Below, piece by piece: positions 58,942 to 64,000 of a DNA stretch of 64,000 nt. The DNA is taken from IMG/VR virus record IMGVR_UViG_3300043464_002149. The stretch is one strand, 5' to 3'. Each line of letters opens with the position of its first letter. Positions within the stretch are counted from its first letter, which is position 1. The stretch comes from a virus. Lineage: Duplodnaviria; Caudoviricetes. Below the pieces are notes generated by a model that did no database searches, had not been told where the DNA came from, and saw nothing but the letters and a program-made list of their open reading frames with translations. The translations under genes were made by a program, and so were the position numbers.

Positions 58942-59990
58942 TATTCAAAATATTTACTTAATGTTGTGTTGATACTTTCGTTTATATCATTTAATTCAGG
59001 AGTGATATCTAATTCATCTTCAGCCTCTTCTTCCGGATTAATTTTAGTTCCATCAGGATTTCTTGATAAAGGTTCTAAACCAGCTTCACTTCTTTCGAAA
59101 TCATCAGTGTCAAAGAAATAATATTCACCCAAATCTTGTTCTTCCTCTTCAGGAGATTCAAAATTTGAATTAACCAACTCTTCTAATTTAGAAATTCTTT
59201 CTGCTAAATCATCTTCAGGTGTTGGCTCATCTTCTGCAGATGGTTCATCACTTGGTGCTGGTTCTTCACCTGCTACTGGTTCTTCAGTTTCATCTCTATC
59301 GAATTTTTTACCAATTTCCTCAATATCGTCCTCTTCTAATTTGTCAAGGTCAACAGCAGAAATGATCATGTTCAAAACGTATTTGATATCATCACTTTCC
59401 ATTTTAACTTGCTGATCCCTTAATTCTTGTCCAAGTTTTCCTGCAAATTTTTGGATTTCCGCCATATAATCTGATCTTTTACCTTCTTCAGGAGACATAG
59501 TTGGTTCTTCACCTGACATTTGTGGTTCATCAGCAGGCATTTCTGGTGCTGGTTCTGGTGCTGGTTCAGTATCGCCGGCTGGAGGTAATGCTGGTGGCAT
59601 ATCGTTTACAGCATCTTGAGGCATTGGAGCCTCTTCTTTTGGCTTATTTGGCTTTAAAACATATTTTGTAACTTCTTCATTCAATTCTTGAGAACTTAAT
59701 AGTTCAAGTCTTTTCAATGCTTCAGCATATGAAGTAAATCTATTTTTATTCTTCATAAACAATCCACCGATATAATCTAAGGCTTGTTCATTTAGTCCTT
59801 TTTTCACATAATAACCATCTTTTTCTCTAACAATACCATAAACACCATTAGAACTCTCTTTTACAAGTTCTGCATTTTTAGTTTGTTTTGAAGATGATGA
59901 TCTTTCGTTATAGTAGGCTAACTCAAGGATTCTCCTCATTTTTTCGTCCCCTTGTAGCTTTTCGCTACCTATAGGTTTTAAATCTCCCAT
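58941..59990 (-). CDS. Hypothetical acidic, Pro-rich protein, probable prohead core component
   Basis: Late motif upstream (60025); E/P-rich linkers; LNEE and INES sites. Confidence 0.5.
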   Translation of the reverse strand: MGDLKPIGSEKLQGDEKMRRILELAYYNERSSSSKQTKNAELVKESSNGVYGIVREKDGYYVKKGLNEQALDYIGGLFMKNKNRFTSYAEALKRLELLSSQELNEEVTKYVLKPNKPKEEAPMPQDAVNDMPPALPPAGDTEPAPEPAPEMPADEPQMSGEEPTMSPEEGKRSDYMAEIQKFAGKLGQELRDQQVKMESDDIKYVLNMIISAVDLDKLEEDDIEEIGKKFDRDETEEPVAGEEPAPSDEPSAEDEPTPEDDLAERISKLEELVNSNFESPEEEEQDLGEYYFFDTDDFERSEAGLEPLSRNPDGTKINPEEEAEDELDITPELNDINESINTTLSKYFE

Positions 59991-60062
59991 TGTAATAATA
60001 TTAAAATAAGCTTATTCTTAATCAATAAATATTGAATAAAAGGAAAAAAATACAGTTTACAA

Positions 60063-60854
60063 TTATGATAGAGATAATTTTTTGTTTGATACCTCTTTTT
60101 TCAAGTTCATTAATTTTTCTATGTATCCGTTTCTTCTTAACAATTTGAATGTTAAGTTTTCATATGAATATTCCCCACCAGTAGTTAAACCGGTCTTTCT
60201 AAATTTTTTGAGTTTATCTCTTAGATCTAATATTTGTTTTGTAACATCATTTCCCGAACTAAAAGAGTCTAATAATGTGTCAATTTTCTTTGCAAAATAT
60301 TCACCTTTACCTAAAATTTGATTTGTATCTATCGTTTCTTTTTTTGCTGATGGTTCAACTACCCATTCATTATTAAGAATAGAATAAACACCCGTTGATG
60401 AATGTTCTTCATCTATATCTTGAACATATATCTCAACATCAAACCCTTTAATTTTAATATCATTTTGTTCATTCCACACGCCCTTTTTAGCATCAAAAAA
60501 TTCTTTTACTATGTCATTTAAAGCTGTGGATGTTGATTTATCTCCATCATTTAGTTCATCCATATCAACCAATATATGTAAATCAACGTCAGAATATTCG
60601 GACCAGTTATAGTTAGCTAAAGAACCGGTTAATATAACGTCATGAATAAAGAAATCAACCCCAGTAAAATCAATAAAATTATCAGTTATTTCCAATAATC
60701 TATCAACAATCTCTTTTTTCATCACATAAGAACCATTACCCCCTTTTTCAAATATAGTAGGGCATAAATGATCTTTTATTTGAAAAGATTTGATAATTTT
60801 ATTATCGACCTCCGGATCTGATAATTCTAAAAGTTCATCGACTAGATTATTCAT
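60063..60854 (-). CDS. Pol-beta-superfamily nucleotidyltransferase
   Basis: hGS motif (ILTGSLA), SDVDLHIL (DxD), a third acidic residue in FDVEIYVQD, and a helical C-terminus. Confidence 0.8.
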   Translation of the reverse strand: MNNLVDELLELSDPEVDNKIIKSFQIKDHLCPTIFEKGGNGSYVMKKEIVDRLLEITDNFIDFTGVDFFIHDVILTGSLANYNWSEYSDVDLHILVDMDELNDGDKSTSTALNDIVKEFFDAKKGVWNEQNDIKIKGFDVEIYVQDIDEEHSSTGVYSILNNEWVVEPSAKKETIDTNQILGKGEYFAKKIDTLLDSFSSGNDVTKQILDLRDKLKKFRKTGLTTGGEYSYENLTFKLLRRNGYIEKLMNLKKEVSNKKLSLS

Positions 60855-61099
60855 TAACTGACTTTTTTAAACTTATATTTTGTTTTAATATTACTGTTTA
60901 AAAATGAACCTTGAGAATCACTCATTCTGAATTTAGTGAACAGCTCCCAAGGAACACCTTCGTATTCATAAATACTTCCATTATTAAACACAATAATCAA
61001 TTGTGATGTTTCTGTGTTATATGTTGCTGATTTAATATTTGTTGATTTAATATCAACATGAATCAGCTTACCATCGATTTTTTCTGAAATAATACCCAT
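60854..61099 (-). CDS. KTSC-domain protein
   Basis: KSTNIKSATY....LIIVFNNGSIYEY.GVP......F....SQGSFLN..IK. Start reassigned to MGIISEK. Confidence 0.85.
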   Translation of the reverse strand: MGIISEKIDGKLIHVDIKSTNIKSATYNTETSQLIIVFNNGSIYEYEGVPWELFTKFRMSDSQGSFLNSNIKTKYKFKKVS

Positions 61100-61143
61100 A
61101 TTCTCTTTTTTATAAAATATAAGACTTTTTAAAATAATAAAAA

Positions 61144-61162
61144 AGCCCCAATTAATGGGGCT
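61144..61162 (-). terminator. Terminator after hsp20
   Basis: AGCCCCA-TTAAT-TGGGGCT followed by TTTTT on the minus strand. Confidence 0.8.
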
Positions 61163-61183
61163 CAGATTTTGCAACAATAAATG

Positions 61184-61552
61184 TTAATTTAATGAAATTA
61201 ACCTCTCCAATGATTTCTTTTTGTCAACTGGTAACGTTAATTCAAGAATACCATTTTCAACTTTACCAACAATATCCTTTTCTTTAACGTCATCCGGAAT
61301 ATTGTATGCTTTTACAAAATTATTTACGAAATACGTTCTTTCGTCTTTTTCTTGTTTTTCAAATGATATTTTCAATATACCATCTTTTGTTGTAATTTTT
61401 AGGTCTTCCTTAGTTAAACCAGGAATTGACAATAAAACTTTGTATTCGGTTTCATTTTTACGAATACTTGTTTGCGGCCCAACCGCAATACGTGTTGCGT
61501 CAAACGCTTTGTCCACAACATCAAAAAACGGGTCTTTAAATAATGTAATCAT
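61184..61552 (-). CDS. hsp20: Small heat-shock protein (Hsp20 / alpha-crystallin domain)
   Basis: LSIPGLTKEDLKIT..DGILKIS...F...Y.IP.DV....I.GKVENGILELTLP. Start reassigned to MITLFKDPFF. Confidence 0.9.
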   Translation of the reverse strand: MITLFKDPFFDVVDKAFDATRIAVGPQTSIRKNETEYKVLLSIPGLTKEDLKITTKDGILKISFEKQEKDERTYFVNNFVKAYNIPDDVKEKDIVGKVENGILELTLPVDKKKSLERLISLN

Positions 61553-61594
61553 AGTTTTTATTTTTTTATTTAGCATTTTGCAAATTACAAACCA

Positions 61595-61649
61595 AATGTC
61601 TAAAACTGACATTTAGACATTCGTTAGACATTTTTTTAGACATTTTGTC
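61595..61649. repeat. Phased operator-like repeats TTAGACATT between hsp20 and clpC
   Basis: Direct copies at 61613, 61624 and 61636; inverted copy at 61595; variant CTGACATTT at 61606; terminal palindrome GACATTTTGTC. Confidence 0.75.
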
Positions 61650-61683
61650 AATCATTATCTTTTTTTTTATGAAAAAAAATCCG

Positions 61684-61691
61684 TATGTTTG
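61684..61691 (+). promoter_or_regulatory. Bacteroidota sigma-A -7 element TATGTTTG upstream of clpC
   Basis: Exact TAnnTTTG match 18 nt before the ATG at 61710. Confidence 0.55.
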
Positions 61692-61709
61692 CTTATAAAT
61701 CAAAAAGTT

Positions 61710-63728
61710 ATGCCAGTAGACTTCGAATACGAGGAAAATCAAAGAACAAATCCGAAAAACAGAAAAAGTACAACAGGTACACCTATTCTAGATAATTTTT
61801 CTAGGGATCTAATTAAATTAGCTCAAGAAGGTAAGATTGATCCAGTTGTGGGTAGGGACAAGGAAGTTAAAAGAATCGCGCAAATTCTTTCTAGAAAGAA
61901 AAAGAATAACGCAGTCATTGTTGGTGATGCTGGTGTTGGTAAATCAGCTCTAGTTGAAAAATTAGCCTTAATGATATCCAAAGGTAATTGCCCATCTAAT
62001 TTACTAGATAAGAGAGTCGTTTCACTTGACCTCACATCTCTTGTTGCTGGTACAAAGTATCGTGGGCAATTTGAAGAGAGAATTAAAGCAATCTTACATG
62101 AACTACAAGAAAACCCAGATGTGGTTATCTTTATTGATGAATTACACACTATGGTTGGTGCGGGTAATGCTAGTGGCTCTATGGACGCCGCTAATATTTT
62201 AAAACCAGCATTAGCAAGAGGTGAGATTCAATGTATCGGTGCCACAACATTTGATGAGTTTAAAAAACATATCGAAAAGGATGGGGCTTTAGTTAGACGT
62301 TTCCAAAAGATCATCTTGAAAGAACCAACAGAAATTGAAACAATTGAAATATTAAATAATTTACAAAAATCATATGAGGACTATCATAAAGTAACATATG
62401 GTGAAGAAGTTATTGAAACAATTGTTAGATTGTCCGGAAGATATATGACCGATAAACAATTTCCAGATAAAGCAATCGATGTTTTAGATGAGCTTGGTTC
62501 AGAAAAAAGAGTTGTAACAAAAATCCCAGAGATTGTTGATAAATTAAAAAAAGAAATTGAAGATATTAGAAATAAAAAGATTGAGGTGGTTAAAGCTCAA
62601 GTTTATGAACAAGCAGCAAAATTAAGAGATGAGGAAAAAAGAGTCCTTAAGAAATTAGAGGATGAGAAAATTAAATGGTTAGACAAACAAAAAGGTAATT
62701 TAATACCTGTAACAGTTGAAGATGTTTATGAGATTGTTTCTAACATAACAGGAATACCAATCACAAAAATTGACAATAATGAAGTAAGTAACTTACTTAA
62801 TTTAGAAACTGAATTATCAAGTAAAGTTATTGGTCAAGACGATGCAATTTCTATCATATCTAAAGCCATTAGAAGAAATAGGGTCGGTATTAAAGATAAT
62901 AAAAAACCTATTGGTTCGTTTATTTTTATAGGTTCCACAGGTGTTGGTAAGACATATTTGGCTAAAAGCTTGGCTCAATTAATATTTGGATCAGAAGAGA
63001 AAGTTATTCGTGTTGATATGAGTGAATATATGGAAAAACACGCGGTATCTAGATTAATAGGATCTCCTCCAGGGTATGTTGGTTATGATGAAGGCGGTCA
63101 ATTAACTGAAAAAGTTAAAAACAACCCATTCTCGGTAATCCTGTTTGATGAAATTGAAAAAGCACACAAAGACGTCTTTAATATCTTACTTCAAATATTA
63201 GACGAAGGTCATCTTACAGATTCATTTGGTAGAAAAGTTAATTTTACCAATACCTTGATTATCATGACTTCTAATGTTGGCGCAAAAAAAGTATCCGAAT
63301 TTGGTAACGGTGTTGGTTTTTCTACAACCAGTAGCCAAACACAACAACATGAGGTTAAAAAAACAATGATACAAAAATCATTGAAACAACAATTTAACCC
63401 AGAGTTTTTGAACAGGATAGATGATATTATTTTATTTAATTCTTTAAATGAGGAATCACTTAAAAAGATTATTGGCTTAGAAATCAATAAGTTATCACAA
63501 AGATTGAAAGAGAAAAAATATCTTATTTCTTTTGATGATTCTGTTTTGAATGAAATTATTCAAAGAAATAAAGAAGAGGCTTATGGTGCTAGACCAATAA
63601 AAAGAATAATACAATCTCTTTGTGAGGACTTTTTAAGTGATCAAATTTTGATGGGGACAATTAAGGAAAATAAACCCGTTAAATTAATTTATAAAGAAAA
63701 AATGGTCTTAAAAACGAAAATCATATAG
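61710..63728 (+). CDS. clpC: ClpC-like Hsp100 AAA+ ATPase lacking the N-terminal domain
   Basis: Two NBDs (GDAGVGKS, GSTGVGKT), pore loops KYRG and GYVG, short UVR-type middle coil (YEQAAKLRD), ClpP-docking VGF loop. Confidence 0.88.
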   Translation: MPVDFEYEENQRTNPKNRKSTTGTPILDNFSRDLIKLAQEGKIDPVVGRDKEVKRIAQILSRKKKNNAVIVGDAGVGKSALVEKLALMISKGNCPSNLLDKRVVSLDLTSLVAGTKYRGQFEERIKAILHELQENPDVVIFIDELHTMVGAGNASGSMDAANILKPALARGEIQCIGATTFDEFKKHIEKDGALVRRFQKIILKEPTEIETIEILNNLQKSYEDYHKVTYGEEVIETIVRLSGRYMTDKQFPDKAIDVLDELGSEKRVVTKIPEIVDKLKKEIEDIRNKKIEVVKAQVYEQAAKLRDEEKRVLKKLEDEKIKWLDKQKGNLIPVTVEDVYEIVSNITGIPITKIDNNEVSNLLNLETELSSKVIGQDDAISIISKAIRRNRVGIKDNKKPIGSFIFIGSTGVGKTYLAKSLAQLIFGSEEKVIRVDMSEYMEKHAVSRLIGSPPGYVGYDEGGQLTEKVKNNPFSVILFDEIEKAHKDVFNILLQILDEGHLTDSFGRKVNFTNTLIIMTSNVGAKKVSEFGNGVGFSTTSSQTQQHEVKKTMIQKSLKQQFNPEFLNRIDDIILFNSLNEESLKKIIGLEINKLSQRLKEKKYLISFDDSVLNEIIQRNKEEAYGARPIKRIIQSLCEDFLSDQILMGTIKENKPVKLIYKEKMVLKTKII

Positions 63729-63743
63729 TTTTTTACTAAATAT

Positions 63744-63774
63744 TTGACTTTTTATGAAAAACACATATATTTAT
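63744..63774 (+). promoter_or_regulatory. Promoter TTGACT-N16-TATATT overlapping a TATTTAT motif
   Basis: Read directly; it precedes a structured non-coding segment. Confidence 0.55.
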
Positions 63775-63780
63775 ATGCTT

Positions 63781-63881
63781 GAAGGTTCTCTTTGTCGATT
63801 ACCTTTTCGTTTTTTTCAAAAGTAAGCGGGGTTGAATCCGCCGAAAGACCTATAAACCCCGACATCTTGTTGGGGTTTTTT
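63781..63881 (+). ncRNA. Candidate structured small RNA ending in an intrinsic terminator
   Basis: Three hairpins: GAAGGT/ACCTTT, GCGG-GGTTGAAT-CCGC, and AAACCCC-GACA..TGTT-GGGGTTT plus T-run. No ORF. Confidence 0.45.
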
Positions 63882-63927
63882 ATTACCATTTGGTTTTTAC
63901 GTTTTTTTTAGTTATATTAAACATAAT

Positions 63928-64000
63928 ATGAAAAAATATACATTTATTTTGGCTCTTGGTGTAGCACTTACACTAACAGCATGTGGTTCAGGATCTGCCA
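63928..64000 (+). CDS. Lipoprotein, N-terminus only (MKKYTFILALGVALTLTACGSGSA...)
   Basis: Basic N-region, hydrophobic core and lipobox LTA-C; truncated by the window end. Confidence 0.75.
   Translation, partial: MKKYTFILALGVALTLTACGSGSA

Noticed and set aside
61570-61600. CIRCE (HrcA) element starting TTAGCA
   Set aside because: Only 6 nt match, and there is no GAGTGCTAA second arm at the 9-nt spacing.
447-63487. Many short ORFs in the track antisense to or overlapping long genes (e.g. 447-809, 2874-3212, 10053-10499, 13958-14305, 26105-26377, 41830-42249, 49820-50278, 61221-61616, 61823-62149)
   Set aside because: They are shadows of well-supported genes on the opposite strand or in another frame, with no motifs or expression signals of their own.
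63820-63850. tRNA gene suggested by GGTTGAATCC
   Set aside because: The loop lacks the C of TTCGA, and I could find no acceptor stem, D-arm or anticodon arm. Kept only as part of a candidate sRNA.

Overview
This window is 64 kb of an AT-rich, T4-like (myovirus-type) large or jumbo phage genome, and it covers most of the virion morphogenesis module. Recognisable structural genes are large terminase, portal, prohead protease, scaffold, major capsid protein, neck (gp13/gp14), tail terminator, sheath, tube, gp26/gp51-like chaperones, a tape-measure candidate, baseplate hub/spike, and a LamG/Pro-Thr fibre. Interleaved with these are a family-B DNA polymerase, an SNF2 helicase, a phage sigma factor, a glycosyltransferase/dUTPase/PhoH cluster containing two apparent pseudo-enzymes, ribosomal protein bS21, a Pol-beta-like nucleotidyltransferase plus KTSC, and a divergent Hsp20/ClpC pair. 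The host is probably Bacteroidota, inferred from the Bacteroidota-type bS21, a DUF4494-like protein, TAnnTTTG-type promoters and Shine-Dalgarno-less A-rich leaders. The standard genetic code fits. I saw no CRISPR array, tRNA, intron or intein. The most interesting non-coding signals are: a strand-consistent late-promoter motif TATTTAT (the reverse complement of the T4 late promoter); a promoter plus G-poor repeat tract between sheath and tube that may be a replication origin, with a parS-like site about 700 bp away; phased TTAGACATT operators between hsp20 and clpC; a leader hairpin on the polymerase; and a structured candidate sRNA near the right end. All family assignments come from motif recognition by eye; no database search was run.
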